Shown: positions 18,434-26,899, numbered from the stretch's first letter. The stretch is DNA of 30,249 bases from Candidatus Melainabacteria bacterium 17Bon1m (GCA_032128875.1 JAVLKG010000023.1:1-30249); one strand, 5' to 3'. The notes: generated by a model not told the origin, from the letters alone. Numbers and translations: made by a program.

Positions 18434-18990
18434 AAGTCCTCTGGTCTTGCGTTCGTGATGTTCTATTGTTCACTGCCTTCAAAAGAATCGCATTAGCTAG
18501 TGCGAGGTTTTGATCTGTGCTGTTTATTTGTGATTGGTGGAAAGGCAATATTCATGAGCTTTTTCGCGAGTTAATCAAAAGCTTAGCGGTGGCTAATTTG
18601 TGCTCTTGACTTTTCCTTAGCAAAGCCAAAGGTTTGCTATTTCAATTCACATTGGGCCATTCAGTTTTCGAAAAGTGGACTGGTCTTGCGAGATGCGCCA
18701 GCGGCGAGCGTCTTGCGCCGTGATGTAGAAACGTTACGCGCTAAGCTGTTTTCATCACTTTATGTAAACGCTTGCCAAGTAGTCGGTGTTTTTGCCAGTT
18801 TGAGGAGCAACTTCATCCTTCACCTTCGATAAATCGCGCACAACCTCACAAGACAGCCCCACACAACCACACCGGTTACCTGTCTCCATCTTCATGATGG
18901 TATGTGAGCACGTGTATGCGAAAACGAGGTCTGGATCGAGGTTTTCTTCAACCACCGTCAAACGTGACACACGTAGAAGGAAGCATAGCT

Positions 18991-19305
18991 ATGCTCGTAT
19001 CCGCATTCGGGTTCTTCAAGATCCTCTACCTGATCGGCGCCATTGCGTTCGGTGTGGACATCTACAATTTCCTCATCAAGCGCGGCATGACCGGACTCAA
19101 GGCGTTCTTCAACACGCTGCTCGCCGTCGTCATCCTCTGCGCCATCGTCGAATTCCCGCTCGGCTTCATCGTGACGATCCCCGCGGTCGCCTACACCGTT
19201 GCCGGCCTCGCGGTCATTCTCATCGGCCGCGCCGTCTGGAAGCTGTTCCGCCTCATCAACGGCGACGGCAAGTCCAACAACACCACCACGCCTCCGAAGA
19301 GCTGA
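18991..19305 (+). CDS. Small membrane protein (about 3 TM segments)
   Basis: Hydrophobic segments; strong C/G third-position bias; AAGGAAG before ATG 18991. Confidence 0.75.
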   Translation: MLVSAFGFFKILYLIGAIAFGVDIYNFLIKRGMTGLKAFFNTLLAVVILCAIVEFPLGFIVTIPAVAYTVAGLAVILIGRAVWKLFRLINGDGKSNNTTTPPKS

Positions 19306-19503
19306 CGCCGACGGCGGTGGCTCTAAGCGAATTCCCAGCGCAGAAAGCGCTCTCGCTCAGCCACCGCTGAGGTGCCTGAAGTAAAGCTCGGTTCGCTGAA
19401 TCTCTTGCTTGGGTTCAGCATCAAAACGCCTGGTGCGAAGACTGGCGATGCGTTCGCAGCTTCCACCAGGTTCGTGAAACCCAGACTCAGAAGGAATTCC
19501 AAC

Positions 19504-19950
19504 ATGTCTTTCCTCGACAAACTCCGTGCCGGTGCCGCCTCCGTCAACGCCGACCTGACCCGCCGCGTGGGCCGCTTCAAGAACAGCACGTTCCTGCAGG
19601 CCGCCATGGCCGCCTCCGCGCTCATCGTCGCGGCCGACGGCAAGGTCCAGGACTCCGAAGTGGAGGCCACCTCCGAGTTCATCAATTCGCACCCGGCGCT
19701 CGCCTGCTTCGAGCCCGGCGAGAAGGCCAAGCTCTTCCAGGACTACGTCGTGAAGGCCCAGGGCGCCATGACGAAGATCGAGCTCAACGGCCTCATCGCC
19801 AAGGCGAAGGGCAATGCCGAGATGGCCACCACGCTCATGGAGCTGGTGCTCGCTCTCGCCGCCTCGGATGGCGATTTCGCCGACTCCGAGAAGGCCGTTG
19901 CTCGCAAGATCGCGACCAACCTCGGCCTGAACCCCGCGGACTACGTCTAA
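19504..19950 (+). CDS. terB: TerB-family (tellurite resistance/stress response) protein
   Basis: KNSTFLQAAMAASALIVAADGKVQDSE and LAASDGDFADSEKAVARKIA..LGL, the duplicated ADG/SDG..E motifs of TerB; AAGGA before ATG 19504. Confidence 0.85.
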   Translation: MSFLDKLRAGAASVNADLTRRVGRFKNSTFLQAAMAASALIVAADGKVQDSEVEATSEFINSHPALACFEPGEKAKLFQDYVVKAQGAMTKIELNGLIAKAKGNAEMATTLMELVLALAASDGDFADSEKAVARKIATNLGLNPADYV

Positions 19951-20102
19951 GTCGCCGGCGGCTCCTGCCGCAAGTGACTGACGGAACAAAGACGGTGGGG
20001 GCATTCGCTCCCACCGCCTGAGTGCTTCGGTGTTCTAGCCGAGCGGAGGCCGGGCGCAAGTGCACAATCCCGTGTACTTGAACGGAAACCGCAAGGGTAA
20101 AG

Positions 20103-20423
20103 ATGACCAAGCAAGAAATAATGGATGAAGAAGCGCGCCTCAGGGAGCGCTACGGAAACCTCGTGGATGAGGTGTCCGCCATCATGTTCCGGCATGACAC
20201 CGAAGGGCTGGCCAAGTTCGGCTGCCCCGACGATGAATACATGCCGGAGGTGCGCCGCGTGCTCCAGCAACTGGACACGGTGAAGAGCGCTGATGACATG
20301 CGCAACCTGGTCAGCCGCGTGTTCGCTGAGATGTTCGACGAGGCGCTCGACGCCACGAACGAACAGCTCAACGCACTGGCTGATGACGTGTACGCGCAAG
20401 TGACCAGCGCTACCGCGCGGTAA
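20103..20423 (+). CDS. Small acidic helical protein, possibly DUF1871/YugE-like
   Basis: HDTEGL....PDDEYMPEV resembles the D.xG...DEY..E pattern; codon bias like terB; followed by a terminator. The family call is tentative. Confidence 0.65.
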   Translation: MTKQEIMDEEARLRERYGNLVDEVSAIMFRHDTEGLAKFGCPDDEYMPEVRRVLQQLDTVKSADDMRNLVSRVFAEMFDEALDATNEQLNALADDVYAQVTSATAR

Positions 20424-20429
20424 CCCCCT

Positions 20430-20481
20430 GGGGGCTGTGTCGCAGCATTCACCTGCTGGCGCCGCAGCCCTCTTGTTTTTT
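20430..20481 (+). terminator. Intrinsic terminator closing the terB cluster
   Basis: GGGGGCTGTGTCGCAGCA-TTCACC-TGCTGGCGCCGCAGCCCTC then TTGTTTTTT. Confidence 0.65.
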
Positions 20482-20614
20482 GCTGTCCGAAAACGACAAA
20501 AGATAGTAGAAGGTGGTGTTTTTAAACAGCTCTAGATAAGTAAAACTGATCGGCGGCTGTCAGTTGTTCTCATGGACAGCATCGAACACACTTGCGTGGG
20601 TTGCGCTCTATGTT

Positions 20615-21478
20615 TTACGCCTTAGTCGTTTTGACCACCGATTGATAGAGGGCGTCGGTTGCTTTCTGTCCTTGTCTGAGCGCTGCGTTCATTTCCATCT
20701 CTGTGAAAACACCGCGTCCTTCCAGGACTTGTCCCGGCATGAATTTTGCGAAGCGGTTGCCGTCTCTCAGCGTTGCAGTTGCGAAATCTGTGCCCAGCAT
20801 GGAATTTGCTTCGTACTTCAGATCAAAACCGCGAATCGGTCCTTTGCCTACAGTAGATGTGAATGAATGGACACCGTCCGAGCTTCTCAAGAATTGTGCG
20901 GCATCGCCATATCTGTTGATGGCGTTGATGGGATTCAAACCAAGGAATTCGCTCTTTGTGGTGGAAACGACGGTGGCGTCAGCGCCCATGAATACTTTGC
21001 CGTTCTTGTCGATAAACTCGCCGCCCAACCTCAGCGAACCGCGTAGCCGGTCAGCCATTTCAGTACCCAGTGTTTCGGCGTTGCGTGCGGCGACTTTCGC
21101 ATAAGGGGAAAGATCGGCAACTCCTGTAGCTGCTGTCTTGAGTGTTTCGATACCACGTCCTGCAGCCGCTAGAACTTGTCGGTTGATGCCATATTTTTGC
21201 AGTCCGGCTCCCGCTGCGAAAAGTCCTACACCAAGCACATAATCGGCGGTGGAAAAGCCGGCCGAGTTTTCAGCCTCGGCAACTTGTGCCTGAACCTGCG
21301 CTTCTTCTGCTTTGGTGCCGGCTACTTGTGTTTGAGTCGACTCAAGAAGAGTTGCGGAAGGATCTTTGGTTGCTAAATTTTCCGCTTGTCCGTCAACATT
21401 CTCGGTCAGCGCTGCGCCGTCTTTTGAAGCAGCTTCAGCGGCCTTACCGGTCTGTGCCGGATCAAAGTTTTCAACCAT
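20615..21478 (-). CDS. Hypothetical protein (acidic low-complexity N-terminus, one hydrophobic segment)
   Basis: 287-aa ORF with AGGAG RBS; YVLGVGLFAAGAGL hydrophobic stretch; no recognised domain. Confidence 0.72.
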   Translation of the reverse strand: MVENFDPAQTGKAAEAASKDGAALTENVDGQAENLATKDPSATLLESTQTQVAGTKAEEAQVQAQVAEAENSAGFSTADYVLGVGLFAAGAGLQKYGINRQVLAAAGRGIETLKTAATGVADLSPYAKVAARNAETLGTEMADRLRGSLRLGGEFIDKNGKVFMGADATVVSTTKSEFLGLNPINAINRYGDAAQFLRSSDGVHSFTSTVGKGPIRGFDLKYEANSMLGTDFATATLRDGNRFAKFMPGQVLEGRGVFTEMEMNAALRQGQKATDALYQSVVKTTKA

Positions 21479-21715
21479 GTCTTAGCTCCTGGGGTGACGA
21501 GATTCGAAATCTCGCATAGGTGGGGAAGCCCTATTAGAGCGGTTTTGAATAAGTTTTCTGTGGAGGAATTGAAGACATTGTGGCAGCGTAGTCTTACGCC
21601 GTCATTGGGGAAAATACGTAGGCGTGGATTAAATGATGCAACTACGCCATGTAGCATGAATGGTGAAAAACAAAGGAGAGCGAGGTTTTGATACCCCACT
21701 CTCCAATGAATTTGG

Positions 21716-22108
21716 TTATTTATTCGGCGTGGAGTCGTCGTCCTTGTTCTTCGGAGTCTTGTTCTTGGGGTCGAAGAATCGGATCATGCGCCACATTTCG
21801 ACGCCAAAACCCAAACCGCCCAGAAGAAGCATGAAAGTCATCGACCACAACCCGCCGCCCAAAAGCGAACCGATCCAGTTGCCGATCCATCCAAAGACGA
21901 GCGCAGAAATCACGAGCGTGTAGGCAAACTGCGAGCCTACAAGCATCCTGTTTCTGTTCTTGCGCTCTTCTTCCGGGTCCGGCTTCTTCGGCTCGGTGGG
22001 CGTCTTGCCTGCATTCTGCAAGTCTTGCAGTTCCGGAAGGTCTTTTAGCTCCTCCGGCAACTCAGGCAAATCCAGGTCGGGTTTATCATTCTTGTTATCG
22101 TCCGCCAT
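21716..22108 (-). CDS. AtpZ/AtpI-family (ATPase_gene1-like) two-TM membrane protein
   Basis: GSQFAYTLVISALVFGWIGNWIGSLLG...W...MLLLGGLGFGVEMWRMIR matches the two-helix Gly pattern of this family; charged N-terminal tail. Confidence 0.7.
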   Translation of the reverse strand: MADDNKNDKPDLDLPELPEELKDLPELQDLQNAGKTPTEPKKPDPEEERKNRNRMLVGSQFAYTLVISALVFGWIGNWIGSLLGGGLWSMTFMLLLGGLGFGVEMWRMIRFFDPKNKTPKNKDDDSTPNK

Positions 22109-22132
22109 GGCGGTTCCCTTTTCTCATTCAAT

Positions 22133-22181
22133 GGGAGCGCATTAACTGCGTTCCGCATAGGGAGCGCACTGTGTGCGTTCC
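22133..22181. repeat. Tandem pair of 22-bp REP-like hairpins
   Basis: GGGAGCGCA-TTAAC-TGCGTTCC (22133-22154) and GGGAGCGCA-CTGTG-TGCGTTCC (22160-22181). Confidence 0.7.
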
Positions 22182-22269
22182 TCGTGGTGCTGCGAAGATC
22201 CCGCGGTGATGTTGTGCATCGCTGATAGCAGTTTCTCCGCAGCCTGTGGATTTGAGATTTAGAACGAAA

Positions 22270-23013
22270 TCAGCTCTGCGCGTCGGTCGCGAAAAGCTTG
22301 CGCGCAGCTTCGATGGCGGCGGTGCGCTCGGCTTCGGCCGGTTGCATCACTTCCATGAGGCGCTGCTTGGCTGCGGCGGTGTCAGCGATGAAACGCTGCA
22401 CTGCCGTCTGCACGAGTTCGTCGTGCGTTTGCTGGTTGATGTCGCCGCTGAGCAACTTGTTGGATGCGTCGATGCGAGCGGTTTCCAGACGAGCCTGGTC
22501 GGGCTCGATTTCGTTTTCGAAGCGTTCGGTCGCTGGGCCTGCCTTGGCGAAAAACGCCTGGTCGGCGGCTTCGACAGCGGTGGCGAAGTCGGCTTCTTTG
22601 GTGTCGGCAGCAGTCGTGTCGCCGGCGTCGCCTGGAGCAGGGCACTGCTCAGTCAGGCTGCGCTCATAGAGCGACTGGAAAAGCTGCCGGAACTCGGGGT
22701 AGGGGCGCGCACCAGCCTGTCGGCTCAGTTCGTTGCCGCAGTGATAGGTGGTGATCAGGGGGACTGAGCGTCCGCCCATCTCGAAGAAACGCTCCTGGTG
22801 GTCAGCGACGTTGACCGTCACGACCTTCACCTTGCCGTCGTATTCCTCAGCGAGTTTGTCGAGGAACGGTTTGATCATGCGGCAGGGTGCGCATGTGGGC
22901 GAATAGAAGTCGACGACGACTGGAATCGGTGATTCCAGGACCTCGCTTTGGAAGGTCGCGTCAGTCGCTTCCACAAGCCTGCTATGCGAGCCTGAGGTAT
23001 TTTGACCGGACAT
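22270..23013 (-). CDS. Thioredoxin domain (CAPC) with long Ala-rich helical C-terminal extension
   Basis: TDATFQSEVLESPIPVVVDFYSPTCAPCRMIKP, VKVVTVNV, RSVP; GAGG RBS. Confidence 0.85.
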   Translation of the reverse strand: MSGQNTSGSHSRLVEATDATFQSEVLESPIPVVVDFYSPTCAPCRMIKPFLDKLAEEYDGKVKVVTVNVADHQERFFEMGGRSVPLITTYHCGNELSRQAGARPYPEFRQLFQSLYERSLTEQCPAPGDAGDTTAADTKEADFATAVEAADQAFFAKAGPATERFENEIEPDQARLETARIDASNKLLSGDINQQTHDELVQTAVQRFIADTAAAKQRLMEVMQPAEAERTAAIEAARKLFATDAQS

Positions 23014-23166
23014 GTAGTTTTTCCTCTCGAGTTTTTGGAAAATTCCGGACTATTGAAATTTAGCCTGCAGGGGCGCGTTTGCAACCCCTGCAAGCTGGTG
23101 AAAGAAGCGAACAGCGTAGAAGCTGGGACAGCTTCATGTTCGAGAACCGCTGCTCGAGAGACTTCC

Positions 23167-23634
23167 TTAGCGGAAGTTTTTGTGACGCGGCGGCACCGGA
23201 TCCGGTTCGCGCCCAGGAGGCACCACCGGCGGTATCGTGCCGGGGTTGGGTCCTGCGCCGGGCGGCGGAGGCGTGTTGGGTCCGGGCTCGTAGATGGGCT
23301 GCACGGGCGGCGTCGGCACGATCGGCGCCGGCGGCGTGTAGGGCGGCCGCGGCGGGCGCGGAGTGTGCGTATTGTCGATATTGGCAGCAGTAGCGGACAG
23401 CTTCTGCGCTTCGGCATGCAGCTCGACGTTCCAACCGGAACCTTCGAACCGCCCGATCACAGCGTTCACCACTTCAAGGCTGACGCCTGCGCAGGGAACT
23501 TCGATGGGGACTTCATTGGCATTGGGCGCCGATTCGATCGCTTCGACAACGGCGAAGTACAGGGCGTTGACCGCCTCCCTCTTCGCACGACGCTTCTGAT
23601 CATGATGGCCCTTGGGCCGCTTATGTTCTGACAT
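23167..23634 (-). CDS. Hypothetical protein with proline-rich C-terminus
   Basis: AAGGAG RBS; codon bias matches neighbours; PRPPRPPYTPPAP... tail. Confidence 0.72.
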   Translation of the reverse strand: MSEHKRPKGHHDQKRRAKREAVNALYFAVVEAIESAPNANEVPIEVPCAGVSLEVVNAVIGRFEGSGWNVELHAEAQKLSATAANIDNTHTPRPPRPPYTPPAPIVPTPPVQPIYEPGPNTPPPPGAGPNPGTIPPVVPPGREPDPVPPRHKNFR

Positions 23635-23791
23635 AGTGTTCTCCTTACAGTGCCCTCATTCGCGAGAGCATGCGTGCAAGCCGCCATTACCGGTCAGGCG
23701 AATTGCACTCGTTGGCTGATACATTGCGTGCACGAACACCGGCTAGATCCAATGCTGTCCGTACACACCTGCTGCGATATCAAATCCAGGA

Positions 23792-24241
23792 TTAATGAAC
23801 CTGGTCGAATAGCTGCTTTAGCCGCAAGCGGCTGCCGAAGCCATCGATGGGGAAATACTGCGCTCCGTCACCTGCCGCCATGCCGCGCATGTCTGGCGGT
23901 GTCGGAGTGATGAGCACTCCGGACGGTGTGCCGTGCACACCCAGAATGCTTTCAGCATCGGGAACGTCCTCGACAAACACGCGCAAGAACTTGATCTTGC
24001 CGCGATATTCGGAGGCCAGTTCGGCGACGATTTTGTGATTCTCGGCGCATTCTACCGAGGTGTGGCTCACAACTTCGACGTAAATCGGAGTTTGAGCGTT
24101 GGCTAATTCGCTGGTGAGCTCTTGCTTTCCGACGGTCGTCACATCGATGTCGGAGTGGAAATTCTCAACCAGGAATGACAGCGGCAAGAGAACCACTGCC
24201 ATTAGCACGAGGGCAAGCAGATACTGCTTTCCAGTTAGCAT
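23792..24241 (-). CDS. Membrane-anchored or exported thioredoxin-like protein with SxxC site
   Basis: N-terminal hydrophobic helix; PIYVEVVSHTSVEC, LASEYRGKIKFLRV, GVHGTP; start at ATG 24241 inferred from AAGGA spacing (alternative GTG 24256). Confidence 0.75.
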   Translation of the reverse strand: MLTGKQYLLALVLMAVVLLPLSFLVENFHSDIDVTTVGKQELTSELANAQTPIYVEVVSHTSVECAENHKIVAELASEYRGKIKFLRVFVEDVPDAESILGVHGTPSGVLITPTPPDMRGMAAGDGAQYFPIDGFGSRLRLKQLFDQVH

Positions 24242-24813
24242 AAGCATTTCCTTCACTTCCGCTGCAGGGTACTCGCCGTTGTTTTTCTCTCGGTGATATG
24301 CGGAGCATATCGATTTGTGGATGCGGCTGTCTTGTACGTTGCAGCAGAGATCGAGTCAGGGTCTGAGTCTTCGGAACACGCGTTCAGCACCGGCACAATT
24401 AGCGGTCACGATTCATTCACCTGGAAGGAGGCGAAAGAGACATGAGCGCTATGGGGGAAACGTGTGCGGGGTGTGGGTTAGAAGCTGTTTTTGAAAGAAG
24501 TGAACGCGTGGAAGATCGAACGGAGCCTATAAAACCTGAGCTGTGAAAAGCGAGCCTGATAAATAACAACTTCACACAAAAGCGGCTTTTTGAGGAAGTT
24601 TTAAACGCGATGTTGTCAGTAGTTCTTATCCATGCGCGCAGAATCGCGCAACAGTTCGTTTTTTCTTAACAGGCTCTGCGCGAGGGTTTCGCAATTTCTT
24701 AATGCACTCTACGCTAAGAACGAGCGCAGTAAGAATTCTGAGAAAAACCATCCGAGGCTTGTCGAACTTCAATTCGACTGCCGTTCAATCGGTCTGCGAG
24801 TCTCTGGAAACTG

Positions 24814-25239
24814 TTATTTCTTGATCGGCATAACGCGCAAATTATGGATGCCACAACCTGCAGCTGCGTCCATGACTGCGACTACGAATTTTTGTCTGGC
24901 ATCGCCTTCAGCAGTAAGCATGAGCGGAATGTCTGTTTTTCCGGCTTTCGCTTGCTCGGCTTTGATCACGGTGGAAACACCGGCCGAATCAGGTGGATTT
25001 GCAGGCACGTTGTTAATGCGAATTTGTCCTGCGGCTGTAACTTCGACGTTCAGCTTCGGTCCTTTGTCGTCGTCCTTCGCCTTAGATGGTCCGGCACTTG
25101 GCGGATCGACCTTCAGAACGGTCTGATTGACGAGCGGTGCAATCAGAATCATGATGACCAGAAGCACGAGAAACACGTCAGTAAGCGGGGTTACGTTGAT
25201 TTCTGTGAATGATTCACCGGCGCGACCACCTATTGCCAT
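24814..25239 (-). CDS. exbD: ExbD/TolR family biopolymer transport protein
   Basis: EINVTPLTDVFLVLLVIMIL with the conserved TM Asp; VVAVMDAA..G C-terminal motif; AAGGAGG RBS. Confidence 0.9.
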   Translation of the reverse strand: MAIGGRAGESFTEINVTPLTDVFLVLLVIMILIAPLVNQTVLKVDPPSAGPSKAKDDDKGPKLNVEVTAAGQIRINNVPANPPDSAGVSTVIKAEQAKAGKTDIPLMLTAEGDARQKFVVAVMDAAAGCGIHNLRVMPIKK

Positions 25240-25759
25240 GTGAACAGCCTCCTTACCCGGGCGTCGTGTTCTAGTTTTGAGGACCAGATTTCTAGTCTAA
25301 GGTCATATAGTACCTGCAAGTGGCAGGGCGTGCCACATGGTAAACCCTGACCTTCACACAAGGCAGTTTTCGCCCGCTAGCATAGCCGCGCTAGATCCTG
25401 GTTCTAGCGGGTTTTCGGGCTTTAGTATTAGAAATTTACTCGCCTGCGCGAGCGTAGCGATATAAGCCTTAGCTAAGACTATGAGTCTGTGGGCTTCTAA
25501 CGGTTTTAGCCTATTGAGTTTGTCAAGTGGGTCTTGTTAGGCTCAAATCCCATTTCTTTTCAATTCTCAGGAGCTGAAAACACAGACTAGCGCGATAAAT
25601 TACCTATTCGGTTCTTTACTGATTCACCTTGATGGGGGTGAAGCGAACACACCGGATGTGTTCTCGCATAGACATTCTGTGGCTTTTCTCCTCGATTGGT
25701 TCAGACGTTTGCGCTGACCACATTTAGCCAGGCGTTTTCGCCAAGAACTAGGAGTTACT

Positions 25760-26899
25760 ATGACCAACATGAACAAGATCAATGGCCTCTGGGTACCCCA
25801 GCACGCCAACGTCGTAAATCACACACACTTGGACTGCGTCCTGCGTCACAGCGATGTGGTGCGGCTCGCCGCCCAGGCCGGTTTCGACACCTTCAAGGAG
25901 CCGTTTCCGAAGCTGACCGAAGACCTCTGGCGCACCGCCGAGCTCCTCGCCAAGACCGGCACCGTGAAGGACCGCGCCCTGATTGCCCGGCTGCAGCGCC
26001 GTGCCGTTTCCGCCTACCGCGAAGACTGCTTCGCTCGTGGCGGCGACCTGACGGCATACGTGGCTGCCATCGCCAATCAGCTCGTTCCGCTCATGCAGAC
26101 GGTCGAGAACATCAAGCTCTTCACCAAGCACTACATCGAAGACCTCGTCGCCGACCACACCATCGGTGCACAGATTCGCTTCGCCCCGCACCTGCACATC
26201 TTCGGCGGTCTCTCGCTCGAAGCTGTCGTCGAGGCGGTTGCCGAAGTGACTGCCAACGCGCCCATTCCGATCAAGCTCATCCTCTGCGCCCTGCGTGGAC
26301 CGGACGGTGAAGCGAAGCGGAAGGAAGCGAGGGAAGTCGCGGACCTCTGCATCAAGTACAGCGCCGAAGTCGGTGCCATGGACCTCGCGGGTGCCGAAGC
26401 CCTTTGGGGCGGCGTTCCGCAGTGGTGGTGGCTCGAAGCCCTGCGCGCGCGCGAGGCTTCCGGCGGCGAGTGCGGCATTACGCTGCACCTGGGCGAAGTT
26501 CAGCCGGCCACGCCGGAGGAAATCGCTCTGCTGAAGGAGAACGGCGTGTTCGTCGTTGGGCACTTCCTGCACAACGATGACCCCGACCTGTATCAGGAGT
26601 GCTGCCCCCACTCGAACCTGACGCTGCATGCTCACCCGAGCCTGCAGAGCGGCCAGTTCCGCTGCCATTCCATTGGGCGTAAGCTCAAGGAAAAGCAGCA
26701 CGTCATGCTCTCCACTGACGGCACGACCCTGATCAAGACCAGCATGCGCATGCAGATGTCCCTCGGGCGTCGCGCTTTCGGCTGGACTGGCAAGGACCTG
26801 CATCAGCTGAGCCTGAACGCCATCAACGGCGGCTTCTACAACGAGGCCGACAAGAAGAACATGCGCAAGCAGCTCAAGCTGGCGTATGGCGCGAAGTAA
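25760..26899 (+). CDS. Adenosine deaminase-like metallo-amidohydrolase (divergent)
   Basis: HTHLD, IRFAP, DLAGAE, TLHLGE, VGH, ECCPHSN, LSTD match the ADA-family motifs in order; AGGAG RBS. Confidence 0.85.
   Translation: MTNMNKINGLWVPQHANVVNHTHLDCVLRHSDVVRLAAQAGFDTFKEPFPKLTEDLWRTAELLAKTGTVKDRALIARLQRRAVSAYREDCFARGGDLTAYVAAIANQLVPLMQTVENIKLFTKHYIEDLVADHTIGAQIRFAPHLHIFGGLSLEAVVEAVAEVTANAPIPIKLILCALRGPDGEAKRKEAREVADLCIKYSAEVGAMDLAGAEALWGGVPQWWWLEALRAREASGGECGITLHLGEVQPATPEEIALLKENGVFVVGHFLHNDDPDLYQECCPHSNLTLHAHPSLQSGQFRCHSIGRKLKEKQHVMLSTDGTTLIKTSMRMQMSLGRRAFGWTGKDLHQLSLNAINGGFYNEADKKNMRKQLKLAYGAK

Noticed and set aside
18848..18858. ACAAGACAGCC shared with the minus strand near 24325-24335 in two long leaders
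   Set aside because: An 11-bp match is expected by chance in 30 kb, and the flanks do not align.
21491..21515. tRNA-like 3' end on the minus strand (TTCGAATCTCGTCACCCC)
   Set aside because: The T-arm geometry is off and there is no matching acceptor 5' strand, D-arm or anticodon arm. It reads as a simple hairpin before the RBS of 20615..21478.
25299..25354. Purine-riboswitch-like look (TCATATA..CCTG-CAAGTGG-CAGG..) upstream of the deaminase
   Set aside because: It lacks the TCTAC junction, a P3 stem and the kissing CC. It is 400 nt from the gene and folds better as a nested hairpin (AAGGTCA/TGACCTT, GTGGCA/TGCCAC).
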